Origin: Holophagales bacterium
Lineage (GTDB): Bacteria > Acidobacteriota > Thermoanaerobaculia > UBA5066
Direction: 5' to 3'
Assembly (NCBI GenBank): GCA_016716705.1
Contig: JADJVF010000013.1
Coordinates: forward strand, 60,101-124,100
Length of the DNA stretch: 64,000 nucleotides
Part shown: positions 39,833-51,411 of the stretch, piece by piece
Layout: every line of letters begins with the position of its first letter
How positions within the stretch are numbered: position 1 is the stretch's first letter
Notes under the pieces: generated by a model
Seen by the model: the letters and a program-made list of their open reading frames with translations, nothing else
The model's database searches: none
What the model was told of the DNA's origin: nothing
Position numbers and translations under genes: made by a program

Positions 39833-41001
39833 ATGAAAGTCCACGAGTACCAGGCGAAGGAGATCCTCCGTCGCTACGGTGTCCCGACCCCGACGGGGCA
39901 CGTCACCGACAGCCCGGAGGAAGCCCGTCAGATCGCGAAGGACCTGGGCGGCCGGGCCGTCGTGAAGGCCCAGATCCACGCCGGCGGGCGTGGCAAGGGG
40001 GGCGGCGTCAAGCTCGCGAAGACCCCCGACGAGGCCTTCGAACACGCCAAGGCGATCATCGGCATGCAGCTCGTCACGCACCAGACCGGCCCCGAGGGGC
40101 GCAAGGTCAAGAAGGTGCTCGTCGAGGCGGCGGCCGACATCGCGCAGGAGCTCTACCTCGGGATCACGCTCGACCGGGCCATCGGCAAGCCGGTCCTCAT
40201 GGCGTCGAAGTTCGGCGGCATGGAGATCGAGGAGGTCGCCCACAAGGACCCGACGGCGATCCTGAAGGAGCCGTTCGACGCGATCGCCGGCCTCCAGCCC
40301 TTCCAGGCGCGCAAGGTCGCCTACGCGCTCGGGCTGACGGGGGAGACGCACAAGAAGGCGGTCCCCTTCCTCTCGCCCTCGCGAAGGCCTACGTCGAGAC
40401 GGACTGCTCGCTGGCCGAGATCAACCCGCTGATGATCACCGGCTCGGGCGACGTCGTGGCGCTCGACGCCAAGATGAACTTCGACGACAACGCCCTCTTC
40501 CGGCACCTCGACATCAAGGAGTACCGGGACCTCGACGAGGAGGACCCGCTCGAGGTCGAGGCGTCGAAGTTCAACCTCAACTACATCAAGCTCGACGGCA
40601 ACGTCGGCTGCATGGTGAACGGCGCGGGCCTGGCGATGTCGACGATGGACATCATCCAGTACGCCGGCGGGAGCCCCGCGAACTTCCTCGACGTGGGCGG
40701 CGGGGCCAACGAGGAGCAGGTCCGCAACGCGATGCGGATCATCCTCTCGGACCCGAACGTCAAGGGCGTCCTCATCAACATCTTCGGCGGCATCATGCGC
40801 TGCGACATCATCGCCAGCGGCGTCGTGAAGGCGGTGAAGGAGATCGGCTGCACCATCCCCGTCGTCGTCCGCCTCGAGGGGACGAACGTGGAGGAAGGCA
40901 AGACGATCCTGCGCGACTCCGGCCTCGCCGTCATCCCGGCCGACGGGATGAAGGACGCCGCGGAGAAGATCATCGCCGCGGTCGCGAAGGGGGGGAACTG
41001 A
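39833..41001 (+). CDS. sucC: succinyl-CoA synthetase beta subunit; interrupted by an apparent 1-bp deletion near 40370
   Basis: ATP-grasp N-terminus [20 protein letters not shown]..., then after the frameshift ...[20 protein letters not shown]..., [18 protein letters not shown] and [10 protein letters not shown]. Adding one C restores [13 protein letters not shown]. Confidence 0.9.
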
Positions 41002-41002
41002 G

Positions 41003-41881
<879 letters not shown>

Positions 41882-41908
41882 ACCTTCCCGCGGAAACGGA
41901 TCTCCTCG

Positions 41909-41940
41909 AGAGCCCCGGCCGAACGGCCGGGGCTCTTTCG
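41909..41940 (+). terminator. putative rho-independent terminator after sucD
   Basis: Hairpin GAGCCCCGGCC-gaac-GGCCGGGGCTC followed by TTTCGCTCT. Confidence 0.5.
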
Positions 41941-42067
41941 CTCTCCCCGGTCCTTCCTTCGATGGAGGGGAGGCTCCATCGGTGCCGCGGGGAGGCTCGT
42001 GGCGAGTCTCCACCCCCGTGGGGAGACGTGCAATCCGGGCACCCTCCGCCCTGTAAGATTCGCGAGA

Positions 42068-44908
42068 ATGTCCGGGCCGGCGGAGAAGAAACGGAGCCCG
42101 ACGGGGGGCGGCGGCGGCGTGTCTGCGGGCGAGCACAGCGACCCGACGGTGCCGCTGCCGTCCTCTGGGTCGGACACGCCGGACACGGACACCGAAGACA
42201 CCCTTCCCGGGCAGGCCGTTCCAGCCCGCGCCGGCAGACCCGACGTCCTGATTGCCGGCTACCGGATCCTCCGCGTGATCGGCGAGGGGGGGATGGGGAC
42301 GGTCTACGAAGCGGAGCAGGAGCGGCCGCGCCGGATCGTCGCCCTCAAGATGATCAAGCCAGGCCTGGCCACCGCCGCCCTGCTCAGGAGGTTCGAGCAG
42401 GAGGCGCACGCGCTGGGGCGGCTCCGCCACCCGGGGATCGCGCAGATCTACGAGGCCGGGATGGCGGACGCGGGGCACGGCCCCCAGCCGTACTTCGCGA
42501 TGGAGTTCGTGACGGGGCGCCCCCTCGACCAGTACGTGACGGAGAGGAATCCCGGCGTCCGCGAGCGGCTCGACCTCGTCGCCCGCATCTGCGACGCCGT
42601 GCACCACGCCCACCAGAAGGGGATCATCCACCGCGACCTGAAGCCCGGGAACATCCTCGTCGAGGATTCGGGCCAGCCCCGGGTCCTCGACTTCGGCCTG
42701 GCGCGCGTCACCGACTCGGACATCCAGGCCACGATGCAGACCGACGTCGGCCAGATCGTCGGAACGCTCCCGTACATGAGTCCCGAGCAGGTCCTGGGAG
42801 ACCCGCTCGCGCTCGACACGCGCAGCGACGTCTACGCGCTCGGGGTCCTCCTCTACCTCGTCCTGGCGGGCCACCTGCCGTACGACCTCAAGAAGGCGCA
42901 CCTGGCCGAGTGCATTCGTGTCATCCGCGAGGTGGACCCGAGCCCGCTCGGCACGGTGAGCCGGGAGTTCCGCGGCGACGTCGAGACGATTGCCGCCCGG
43001 GCGCTCGAGAAGGAGAAGGAGCGGCGTTACCAGTCGGCCGCGGAGCTCGGCTCGGACCTGCGCCGCCACCTCTCCCACGAGCCGATCGTGGCGCGCCCCG
43101 CGAGCGCGGCGTACCAGCTCGGCAAGTTCGCGCGGCGCAACCGGACCCTCGTGGCCGGGGCGGCCGCCACCGTCCTCGCGCTCGTCGCCGGGGTCGGCGT
43201 CAGCTCGTGGCAGGCGGTCCGGGCTCGGCGGGCCGAGGGGCTCGCCACCTCGCGACTCGCCCAGACGCAGGAGGCGCGCGCCGGGGGGGCCCCGGGGGGG
43301 GGGGGGCGGGGGGGGGGGGGGGGGGGGGGGGGGGAGGGGGGGGGGGGGGGGAGGGGGGGGGGGGGGGGGAGGGGGCGGGAGGGGGGCGGGGGGGGGGGGG
43401 GGGGGCGCGAGGCGGTGAACGCCTTCCTCAAGGAGATGCTCTCGTCGGTCGACCCGTCGGAGATGAAGGGGAAGGACGTGACCGTCCGGCGGGTGCTCGA
43501 CGAGGCGGCTGGAAAGGTCGGAGGCGGCTCGCTCCGGGAGCAGCCCGAGGTCGAGGCCTCCGTCCGGACCACGCTGGGGAAGACCTACCAGGCCCTCGGC
43601 CTCCTCGCCGAGGCGGAGCCCCACCTGAGGCAGGCCCTCGAGATACGCAAGCGCGTCCTCGGCCCCGAGCACCCCGACGTGGCCGCCAGCCTGAACGACC
43701 TCGCCTCGCTCCTCCACGACCGAGGGAAGCGGGCGGAGGCCGAGCCGCTCTACCGGGAGGCGCTCCGGATCCGGAAGAAGGCCCTCGGCCCCGGACACCT
43801 CGACACGTCCGCCACACTGAACGACCTCGGCCTCCTGCTGAAGCAGCAGGGCGACCTGGACGGGGCCGAGGCGATGTACCGCGAGTCGCTCGCGATCAAG
43901 CGGAGGAGCCTCGGCGAGGCCCACGGGGACCTGGCGCAGGCGATCAACAACATGGCGCAGCTCCTCCAGGCCCGGGGGACCTGAAGGGAGCCGAGACGCT
44001 CCACCGCGAGGCGCTCGCCATGCGCCGCACCGTCTTCGGCCCGGAGCACCCCGACGTCCTCGCCAGCCTGAACAACCTCGGCGCGAACCTTTTCGCGCAG
44101 GGGGACGTCGCGGGGGCCGAGGCGCTGGCCCGTGAGGTGCTCGCGGTGAGGCGGAGGACGCTCGACGAGAACCATCCGGACCTCGCCATGGCCCTCAACA
44201 ACCTCGGGGCGTACCTGCGGGTCGAGGGCAAGCTGGCGGAGGCCGAGCCGCTCCAGCGCGAGGCGCTCGCGATCTGGCGGAAGGCGCTCGGCAACGAGCA
44301 CCCCGACGTGGCGAGCGCGGCGAGCAACCTCGCGTTCGTCCTGCACGAGAAGGGGGACCCGGCAGGGGCCGAGGTTCTCCAGCGCGAGGCTCTGGCGATC
44401 CGCGTCAAGGTCTACGGCGAGGGAGCCTCCAGGTCGCCCGGACCCTGGGCCCCCTCGGCCCCATCCTCCTCGACGAGGGCAAGCTCGAGGAGGCCGAGAC
44501 GCTGCTCCGCAGGGCGCTCGAGATCCGCGTCGAGAAGCTCCCGCCCCGCCACGTCGACACGGCCGTCGCGCAGGCCGACCTGGCCCGGGCGCTGAACGCC
44601 CGGGGCAAGTTCGACGAGGCCCGGGCGCTGGCCGCGGAAGCCCTCTCCATCCGCGAGGAGAAGCTGCCCGCGGGCCACTGGACGCGCTTCGAGGCGCAGA
44701 GCCTCCTCGGCGAGGCGCTCGCCGGGCAGGGGAAGCTCGCCGAGGCCGAGGCGCTCCTCCTCCCCGCGTACGAAGGCCTGAGGGCGAGCGCGGCGGTCTC
44801 GCCGTGGAAGAAGAGGGCCGCGCGCGAGCGGATCGTGCGGCTCTACGAGGCGTGGGGCCGCCCGGAGGCGGCAGCGGCCTGGCGGGCGAAGGAGACGGCG
44901 CCTCTCTG
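42068..44908 (+). CDS. Ser/Thr protein kinase with a single TM segment and a C-terminal TPR array; it contains a poly-G tract and two further frameshifts
   Basis: Kinase motifs VALKMI, HRDLKPGNILV, DFGLAR, GTLPYMSPE; then the TM helix TLVAGAAATVLALVAGVGV; then at least 6 TPR units of the Leu-N-Asn-Leu-Ala type (ASLNDLASLL, ATLNDLGLLL, AQAINNMAQLL, ASLNNLGANL, AMALNNLGAYL, ASAASNLAFVL). The 1-bp deletions are near 43980 (a G5 run) and near 44430. Confidence 0.75.
43283..43407. repeat. ~125-bp nearly pure poly-G tract inside the kinase gene (probable sequencing or assembly artefact)
   Basis: Consecutive G runs interrupted by single C/A bases. As translated it would encode an implausible ~40-residue poly-Gly made almost entirely of GGG codons. 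Confidence 0.7.
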
Positions 44909-45011
44909 AGCTCGGACGGCCTCCGCACCGGCCCGGCAAGGCCGGGCGCGTCGGACGTGCTCGAACGCGCGTTCGTCCCGCGGCGGAGCGTGTCGTAAAC
45001 TCCCGCGCCTT

Positions 45012-45425
45012 ATGGAAAAGACTTTCGCGATCATCAAGCCCGACGCCGTCGAAGCGAAGAACGCCGGGAAGATCCTCGCCCGCATGGAGGCCGAGGGCTT
45101 CCGCGTCGTGGCGATGAAGTTCCACCGGATCACGAAGGGCGAGGCCGAGGGCTTCTACGCCGAGCACGCCGGCAAGGGCTTCTTCGGCTCCCTCGTCGCC
45201 TACATGACGTCGGGCCCGGTCTTCGTCGCCGTCCTCGAGCGGGAGAACGCCGTCGCCCACTGGCGCGCCGTCATGGGCGCCACGAACCCCGCCAACGCCG
45301 ACGAGGGGACGATCCGCAAGGAGTTCGGCCAGTCGATCGAGCGCAACGCCTCGCACGGCTCGGCCAACCTCGCCGACGCCGCCCGCGAGGTGACGTTCTT
45401 CTTCTCCCAGGCCGAGCTGCTCTAG
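45012..45425 (+). CDS. ndk: nucleoside diphosphate kinase
   Basis: The 137-aa protein has the NDK signature NASHGS around the catalytic His. Confidence 0.9.
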   Translation: MEKTFAIIKPDAVEAKNAGKILARMEAEGFRVVAMKFHRITKGEAEGFYAEHAGKGFFGSLVAYMTSGPVFVAVLERENAVAHWRAVMGATNPANADEGTIRKEFGQSIERNASHGSANLADAAREVTFFFSQAELL

Positions 45426-46177
45426 CCCTTCCTCGGGCTCGCCCGCCAGCTCTTCAGAAGGGCCCGCGCATCCGCGCGGGCCCTTTCGTGCTCGACGAGC
45501 CACCTCGGATCGGGGGAACCGTCGACGACGCCTTCGGCGATCGCGATCGCCTCGTCGCGGCCAGCCGGGTCGAGGTCCCGGAGCGCCTCGGCGAGGAAGA
45601 GCCGGTTCACGAGGCTCGTCGGCGCGACGGCTACGGCCTTCCGGAGATGACGGACCGCCTCCTTCTTCGAGATCCAGCCGGTGATCAGTGGAATCGAAGG
45701 GGTCTTGTGGTGGAGCCGGCCGAGCGTCCGGTGGCCCGCGGCATCGTCGAGGGCGGGCGCGAGCCGGATCACGGCCTCGGCGTAGTCGCGGACACGGCCG
45801 GCGACCCCCTCGCGGGCGGCGGCGAGCATCCCTTCCGCGAGGGCGTACATCCCCCACGCCACCCCGCCCCACTCGAAGGCCGAGGCGGCCTCCGGGTCTC
45901 CCGCGAACCGCGGGACGAGCTCGACGGGGGTCGCCCGCGAGAGGTCGCGCGAGGAGCCTTCCGTCGCGCTCATCCTGAGGTGCGTGAGGCAATCGTCGGC
46001 GACGTGCGTCGCCTCGAGGAAGCAGGCTTTGGCCTCGGCCACGCCGGACGATGCGTACTCACCCGCGAAGTAGAGCGCCCGCATGAGCCTCCACCGGGCC
46101 TCGATCGAGAGTGGGCCGCTCGGCCAGCTCGGCGCGCAGGAGTGACAGGACCTTCCGGACCGGAGCGACCCGGGCAT
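45422..46177 (-). CDS. hypothetical protein with TPR-like helical repeats (start uncertain)
   Basis: ORF with plausible composition (…[44 protein letters not shown]…). Its stop overlaps the ndk stop. I recognised no family. Confidence 0.3.
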   Translation of the reverse strand: MPGSLRSGRSCHSCAPSWPSGPLSIEARWRLMRALYFAGEYASSGVAEAKACFLEATHVADDCLTHLRMSATEGSSRDLSRATPVELVPRFAGDPEAASAFEWGGVAWGMYALAEGMLAAAREGVAGRVRDYAEAVIRLAPALDDAAGHRTLGRLHHKTPSIPLITGWISKKEAVRHLRKAVAVAPTSLVNRLFLAEALRDLDPAGRDEAIAIAEGVVDGSPDPRWLVEHERARADARALLKSWRASPRKG

Positions 46178-46367
46178 GTCCGCCGTGTCCCCCTTCCGCG
46201 CGTCCGGCCCAGACGGCGTCCGCCTCCGTGACGAGCGGGGACGTTTCGTGCACGGTGGTTCTCGGGCTCATCCCTCGACGATACGCCGCAATGCAGCATG
46301 ACGCACGCTCCGCGAAGCCGGGTTTCGGGCCCGGGGGGCACGCCGCCCCTCCTGAGACAATCCAGCA

Positions 46368-47547
46368 ATGAGAGGATCGGTTCCGGCCCTCGCCACCCTC
46401 CTTTTCGCGGCCGCCTGGCCGCGCCGGGGAGAGGAGCCCGTGAGGCTCGGCGGCGGGTTCAGCCGGCCGGCCCGACCCCCACCCCGAGCCCCGATCCCGC
46501 CGCCCACGCCCTCCCCCCGCCGCTCGTCCGGCGCCGGCCGCTTGGCCGCTCCCCGCCGCCGGCGCCGCCCTGCCGGCGCCGGGGCCCGACGCCCGCCCCC
46601 GCCCGTCTGCGGCGCCCGCGGCCCGCCCGCCCGGATCGCGGGCCGCATCCGCACCCCCGCGAGCCGCCGCCGACGTCTCCGTCGGCTACGTCCTCGTCCC
46701 GTTCGTCGTCACCGACCAGAAGGGGCGCCCCGTCGGAAACCTCAGGGAAAAGGACGTCACCCTCCTCGCGGACGGAGTTCCGGTCGCCTACGACCTCTTC
46801 CAGGGGAGCGCGGATGCCCCCGTCTCGTATGCCGTCCTCCTCGACGGCTCCGGTTCGATGGGCCTCGCCGGGAAGATGGAAGGGGCGAGGGCCGCGCTCG
46901 AGACACTCGCCGCCACCCGGGTCCCGGGCGACGACTTCGCTCTCTTCGTCTTCGCCGAGGGAGAGGTGAAAGAGATCGTCGGGTTCACGGAAGACGCCGA
47001 GCGGATCGTCGCGGCGGCCCGGCAGGTGAAGCCGTGGGGAAAGACCGCATTTCGCGACGCCCTCGCCCGGATGCCAGAGAAGAGCCTCCAGGGGAAGAAT
47101 GGCTCGAAGGCCATCATCCTGCTCTCCGACGGCATCGACAACGACTCCCAGATCACCGAGCCCGAGCTCGCGAAGCTGATGGAAGGGGTCGAGATCCCGG
47201 TCTTTCCCCTCGGCCTCCGCTCCCCCGGGGCCCTCATGCAGCCGCTTCCCGGCATGACCGTCGAGTGGATGCTCAACGTTGATGTCCTTTCCCACATCGC
47301 CCGGATCACGGGGGGACGGATGGCCGTCGTCGACGACCCGGGTCAGCTCCCCTCTCGTATCCTCGACATCCAAAAAGACTTGCGGTCTCAGTATTTGATT
47401 GGCTTTTCTCCGACAGGCAGCGGTCCGGTAAGATATCGCCGTCTCACCCTGAGGGTGGCCGGACCGGCCCGCCCCGTTCGCGTGAGGGCCGGATACCGTG
47501 GTTCCGACCCTCCCGCACACGGGCCAGGACGTTCCGGACCCAAATGA
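46368..47547 (+). CDS. secreted von Willebrand factor type-A (VWA) domain protein; the frame is broken within a GC-rich low-complexity stretch (46440-46680)
   Basis: Signal peptide MRGSVPALATLLFAAAWP, then in another frame a MIDAS motif VSYAVLLDGSGSMG and AIILLSDGIDNDS. Confidence 0.55.
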
Positions 47548-47574
47548 GCGAACGGTGAGGCCGTCCATCGGACG

Positions 47575-48231
47575 TTGAGGAGGAATGGAATGACGAAGCG
47601 GAACCGGGTTGCCCTCGTGGGTGTCACCGTCCTCGTGGCGGGCGCCTTCGGGTGCGCCACGTCGACCCAGGTCGACCAGAAGATCGCCGCGGCCACGGCC
47701 AAGACCGACCAGAAGATCGAGACGGTCGAGACCCAGGTCGAGGACCTGCAGACGAAGCAGAAGGCGACCGACTCGAAGGTCGACGCGCAGGGCCAGGAGA
47801 TCGCCAAGCTCTCCCAGTCCGCGCAGGAAGCCCTCAAGCGTGCCCAGGAGGCCGGGATCCTCGCCAAGGGGAAGGTCGTCTTCGAGCAGACCTTCAGCGA
47901 GGACCGGATCAAGTTCCGCTCCGGCTCTGCCGACCTGAACGACGACGCCAGGACCGCCCTCGACGAGTTCGCCGCAAAGGTGAAGGACCTGAAGCGCCCC
48001 GTCTGGATGGAAATCCAGGGGCACACCGACTCGACCGGCACCGCCGAGATCAACGACGCGCTCGGTGAGAAGCGGGCCGAGGCCGTCCGCCGCTACCTGG
48101 CGCGCAAGCACCAGCTCCCGATCCAGCGGATGGCGACGATCTCCTACGGCGACACGCTCCCGGCCGATCCGGGCAAGGGCAACAAGGCGCGCGCCGCGAA
48201 CCGCCGCGTCGTCCTCGTCGTCCTCGAGTAG
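47575..48231 (+). CDS. OmpA-family (Pal-like) lipoprotein with an N-terminal coiled-coil
   Basis: Lipoprotein-like signal ...LVAGAFGCATS, a Q/K/E-rich coiled-coil, then an OmpA_C domain (GHTDSTGTAEINDALGEKRAEAVRRYL...NRRVVLV). Confidence 0.7.
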   Translation: MRRNGMTKRNRVALVGVTVLVAGAFGCATSTQVDQKIAAATAKTDQKIETVETQVEDLQTKQKATDSKVDAQGQEIAKLSQSAQEALKRAQEAGILAKGKVVFEQTFSEDRIKFRSGSADLNDDARTALDEFAAKVKDLKRPVWMEIQGHTDSTGTAEINDALGEKRAEAVRRYLARKHQLPIQRMATISYGDTLPADPGKGNKARAANRRVVLVVLE

Positions 48232-49295
48232 GCTTCCGCGATCTCTTCGAAGGGCCGGGCGCTCCGGGTTCTCCGGGGCGGCCCGGCCTTTTTGCTAGGT
48301 TCCCGGGCCCCTCGTTGGATCCCCTGGGGGGGGCGGGGCGGCGGCTGCCGGGGGGCGGGCGCTTGCGCCACGGGGCGAGGCTTCGCGGGCGCCGGCGTCG
48401 CCCTGGTCCCGGCCTTTTCCTTGCGCTTCCGCAGGGCGGAGAGGAGCTCCTCGAAGTCCCTCGGAGGCGGCGTCGTCACCGACACCTTTCCGCCGTCGGG
48501 CTTCTCCCACCCGAGGTGCCCGGCGTGGAGCGCCTGCCTCTTGAACGGGATCGGGAAGGGCGGCTTCTTCGGGTCGCGGTAGACCTGGTCGCCGACGAGC
48601 GGGTGCCCGGCGTGCGAGAAGTGGATCCGGATCTGGTGCGTCCGCCCGGTCCGGAGCCGCGCCTCGACGAGGGTCGCGATCCCGAACCTCTCGAGGACCT
48701 TCCAGTCGGTGATCGCCTTGATCCCCGTCTCGCCCTCGCGGGCCACGCGCTTGCGCCGCTCGCCCTCCTCGAGGATCGACCAGTCGAACGTCCCCTTGTC
48801 CCCCTCGAGGTTCCCCTCGACGAGGGCCACGTAGCGGCGGTCCACCGTGTGCGCTCGCAGCTGCGCCTGCAGGCTCACGAGCCCCTTGCGGGTCCGGGCG
48901 AAGACGAGGGCCCCGGACGTCTCCTTGTCGAGGCGGTGGACGATGCCGACGTAGGCCCGTCCCTTCCCGGCCCTCGCGGCCCACGTCGAAACGCGTGACA
49001 GGAGCGTGTCCTTCTCCTTCGCCTCCGTCGGGTGCGTCAGGAGCCCGGCGGGCTTCACGACGGCCACCGAGTCGTCGTCCTGGTGGAGGATCGTCAGCGA
49101 CGTGTCGACCTTCCGCCGGATCTTCCGGTTCGGGTCGAAATAGACGGCGGCCGTCAGCGGCACGAGCGCGCCCGGGTCGTCGACGACGGCGCCGCTCACC
49201 GTCACCTGTCCCTCGATCACCGCGCGCTTCAGGCGCGAGGCGGTCTCGGCGGGGTAGAGGGCCGCGAGGCGGCGGACGATGCGGATCGTGTCCAT
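48144..49295 (-). CDS. rluD: RluA-family 23S rRNA pseudouridine synthase (RluD-like) with an S4 domain; the 3' end is uncertain
   Basis: S4-like N-terminus, catalytic HRLD motif (GIVHRLDKETSGALVFA) and THQIRIH. The Pro/Arg-rich C-terminal ~90 aa overlap the OmpA gene and may be read-through or a frameshift artefact. Confidence 0.75.
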   Translation of the reverse strand: MDTIRIVRRLAALYPAETASRLKRAVIEGQVTVSGAVVDDPGALVPLTAAVYFDPNRKIRRKVDTSLTILHQDDDSVAVVKPAGLLTHPTEAKEKDTLLSRVSTWAARAGKGRAYVGIVHRLDKETSGALVFARTRKGLVSLQAQLRAHTVDRRYVALVEGNLEGDKGTFDWSILEEGERRKRVAREGETGIKAITDWKVLERFGIATLVEARLRTGRTHQIRIHFSHAGHPLVGDQVYRDPKKPPFPIPFKRQALHAGHLGWEKPDGGKVSVTTPPPRDFEELLSALRKRKEKAGTRATPAPAKPRPVAQAPAPRQPPPRPPQGIQRGAREPSKKAGPPRRTRSARPFEEIAEAYSRTTRTTRRFAARALLPLPGSAGSVSP

Positions 49296-49358
49296 CGGGG
49301 GAATCGTCTCACGGGGGGTCCGCGGCGGCGGAAGGGGGGCGCAGGTAGACTTTCTGCC

Positions 49359-50726
49359 ATGGCGAACCCTTCGACCGACCTCTTCGCCCGCCGTCGCGAG
49401 CGCTTCTTCGACCGCGTGAAGGAAGGGGTGGCGATCCTCTTCGCCACGCCCGAGCAGCACCTGAGCTGGGACGGCGAGTACCGCTACCGGCCCGACCCCG
49501 ACCTCTTCTACCTGACGGGGTTCGGCGAGCCCGAGACGGTCGCGGTCCTCGACGCGGGGGCGCGGGCGTTCTTCCTCTTCGTGAGGCCGAGGGACCGCGA
49601 GCGGGAGACGTGGACCGGGCGGCGGGCCGGGACGAAGGGGGCGGTGAAAGTCCACGGCGCGGACGCGGCGTGGGACGTCGCCGAGCTGGAGAAGAAGCTC
49701 CCCGAGCTGATCCGCGGCTCGTCGAGCCTCCACTACGCCTTCGGCATCGACGAGAAGCACGACCTCCTCGTCTCCTCGATCCTCGGCCGCTTCCGGCGCG
49801 AGGCGCGAAACCCGCAGCGAGGGCCGGTCGTCGTGAACGACGTGACGGACGTGATCCACGAGCTGCGCCTGCGCAAGGAGCCGGAGGAGATCGCCCTGAT
49901 GGAGCGGGCCGCGGCGATCGCGGCGGCGGCGCACGACGAGGCGCGGGCGATCGCGCGGCCGGGGCGGATGGAGTACGAGGTGGAGGCGGCGATCGCCGCG
50001 CGCTTCCGGAGGGACGGCGCGTCGGGGCCGTCGTACGAGACGATCGTCGCCTCCGGGCCGAACGCGACGACGCTCCACTACGTCGAGAACGACCGGCGGA
50101 TCGAGGAGGGGGACCTCGTCCTCGTCGACGCCGGGTGCGAGGTCGAGGGCTACGCGTCCGACATCACGCGGACGTTCCCGGCGTCGGGGCGCTTCACGCC
50201 GGAGCAGGAGGCGATCTACCGCGTCGTCCTCGCGGCCCAGCACGCCGCCATCGCGAAGGTGCGGCCGGGCGGGCGCTTCCAGGACGTCCACGACGCGGCG
50301 GTGGAGGTCCTCGTCGACGGCCTCCTCGAGCTGGGGCTCCTCTCGGGGAAGCGGAAGAAGGTGATCGAGAAGGGGAGCTACACCCGGTTCTACATGCACC
50401 GGACGTCGCACTGGCTCGGGATGGACGTCCACGACCGGGGCCGCTACCACGACGCGAAGGGGGAGTGGCGGCTCCTGGAGCCGGGGATGGTCCTGACGGT
50501 GGAGCCGGGGCTCTACATCCGGCCCGACGAGAAGAAGGTGCCGGCCTCGTTCCTCGGAATCGGCGTGCGGATCGAGGACGACGTCCTCGTGACCCCGGAA
50601 GGGCACCGAATCCTGACGTCGGCCGCGCCGAAGTCGGTCGAGGCGATGTGCGCGCACGCGGAGAAGCGGGCGACCCGAAAGGTGAAGGAGGCCCCGAAGG
50701 CACCGGCGAAGCAGGGCAAGGCCTGA
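49359..50726 (+). CDS. pepP: Xaa-Pro aminopeptidase (M24B, PepP)
   Basis: 455 aa. It has the AMP_N domain and the M24 metal-binding residues (DAGCEVEGYASDITRT, HRTSHWLGMDVHD, TVEPGLY, RIEDD). Confidence 0.85.
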   Translation: MANPSTDLFARRRERFFDRVKEGVAILFATPEQHLSWDGEYRYRPDPDLFYLTGFGEPETVAVLDAGARAFFLFVRPRDRERETWTGRRAGTKGAVKVHGADAAWDVAELEKKLPELIRGSSSLHYAFGIDEKHDLLVSSILGRFRREARNPQRGPVVVNDVTDVIHELRLRKEPEEIALMERAAAIAAAAHDEARAIARPGRMEYEVEAAIAARFRRDGASGPSYETIVASGPNATTLHYVENDRRIEEGDLVLVDAGCEVEGYASDITRTFPASGRFTPEQEAIYRVVLAAQHAAIAKVRPGGRFQDVHDAAVEVLVDGLLELGLLSGKRKKVIEKGSYTRFYMHRTSHWLGMDVHDRGRYHDAKGEWRLLEPGMVLTVEPGLYIRPDEKKVPASFLGIGVRIEDDVLVTPEGHRILTSAAPKSVEAMCAHAEKRATRKVKEAPKAPAKQGKA

Positions 50727-50741
50727 CCGCCTCCCCGCGGG

Positions 50742-51341
50742 TCACTCGAGGGAGAAGCCGCGATCGAGGCAGGCGAGGGCTTCCTCGCCGAGGCGGGCGA
50801 GGTCCTCCTTGCCGTCCGTGCTGAACCAGTGCCGCATGGTGGCGCGGATGACGCCGATCGCCGCGCCCGCGAAGACGCGGGCCCGAAGCTCCGACGCGTG
50901 GCCGGGGCCGGCGCGTTCCCGGAATGCGCGGGACATCGCGGATTCCCAGTCCCTGTCGATCTCGCGCTCCCGGGCGAGGAGCGCGGGGGAGGTCTGGATC
51001 AGCTTCTGCTGGGCCACGAGCTGGGCCCGGTTCGCCATGTACTCGCGGGCGAAGGCGTTCGCGGTGCGGCGCAGGGTCGCCACGGGCCTCTCGTCCGGCG
51101 GAGCGCTCACGAGAAACTCCACGAAACGGTCCAGCCGTTCCTTCCGGTGCGGGAAGACGAGGGCCTCCTTGTTCAGGAAGTAGCGGAAGAACGTCCGCCG
51201 GCTCACCCCGGCTGCCTCGCAGATCTCGTCGATCGTGGTGGCCTCGAACCCCTTCTGGTGAAAGAAGCGGTTGCCGATCTCCAGCAGTGCGCGCCGGGTG
51301 GCCTCCTTTTTCTTCTCACGCAGGGGCCTTGGCGTTTTCAC
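50742..51341 (-). CDS. TetR/AcrR-family transcriptional regulator, divergent from the pfa-like cluster
   Basis: 199 aa with an N-terminal HTH (ATTIDEICEAAGVSRRTFFRYFLNKEAL) and a helical ligand-binding domain. Confidence 0.8.
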   Translation of the reverse strand: MKTPRPLREKKKEATRRALLEIGNRFFHQKGFEATTIDEICEAAGVSRRTFFRYFLNKEALVFPHRKERLDRFVEFLVSAPPDERPVATLRRTANAFAREYMANRAQLVAQQKLIQTSPALLAREREIDRDWESAMSRAFRERAGPGHASELRARVFAGAAIGVIRATMRHWFSTDGKEDLARLGEEALACLDRGFSLE

Positions 51342-51395
51342 AGGGGGAAGGATATAACTGCGCCCAAGTGCAAAACGCCACTCAGTGCCATTTTA
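51338..51395 (+). promoter_or_regulatory. putative sigma70-like promoter (TTGGCG-18-TATAAC) with an overlapping 23-bp imperfect palindrome (AAAACGCCACTCAGTGCCATTTT, 51373-51395), a candidate TetR operator in the tetR/pfaD divergent region
   Basis: The palindrome is symmetric at 18 of 23 positions and is centred on CACTCAGTG. It sits in a locally AT-rich 70-bp intergenic region between divergent genes. Confidence 0.35.
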
Positions 51396-51411
51396 TCGAG
51401 GCTACCGGGTC

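Noticed and set aside
43283-43407. Poly-G tracts considered as a CRISPR or other repeat array.
   Set aside because: There is no repeat-spacer periodicity. They are pure homopolymer and most likely artefact.
45458-45490. Hairpin AAGGGCCCGCGC-atcc-GCGCGGGCCCTT followed by TCG after ndk, a possible bidirectional terminator.
   Set aside because: It lies inside the C-terminal coding region of the convergent minus-strand ORF, and GC-rich hairpins are frequent by chance. It was not called as a feature.
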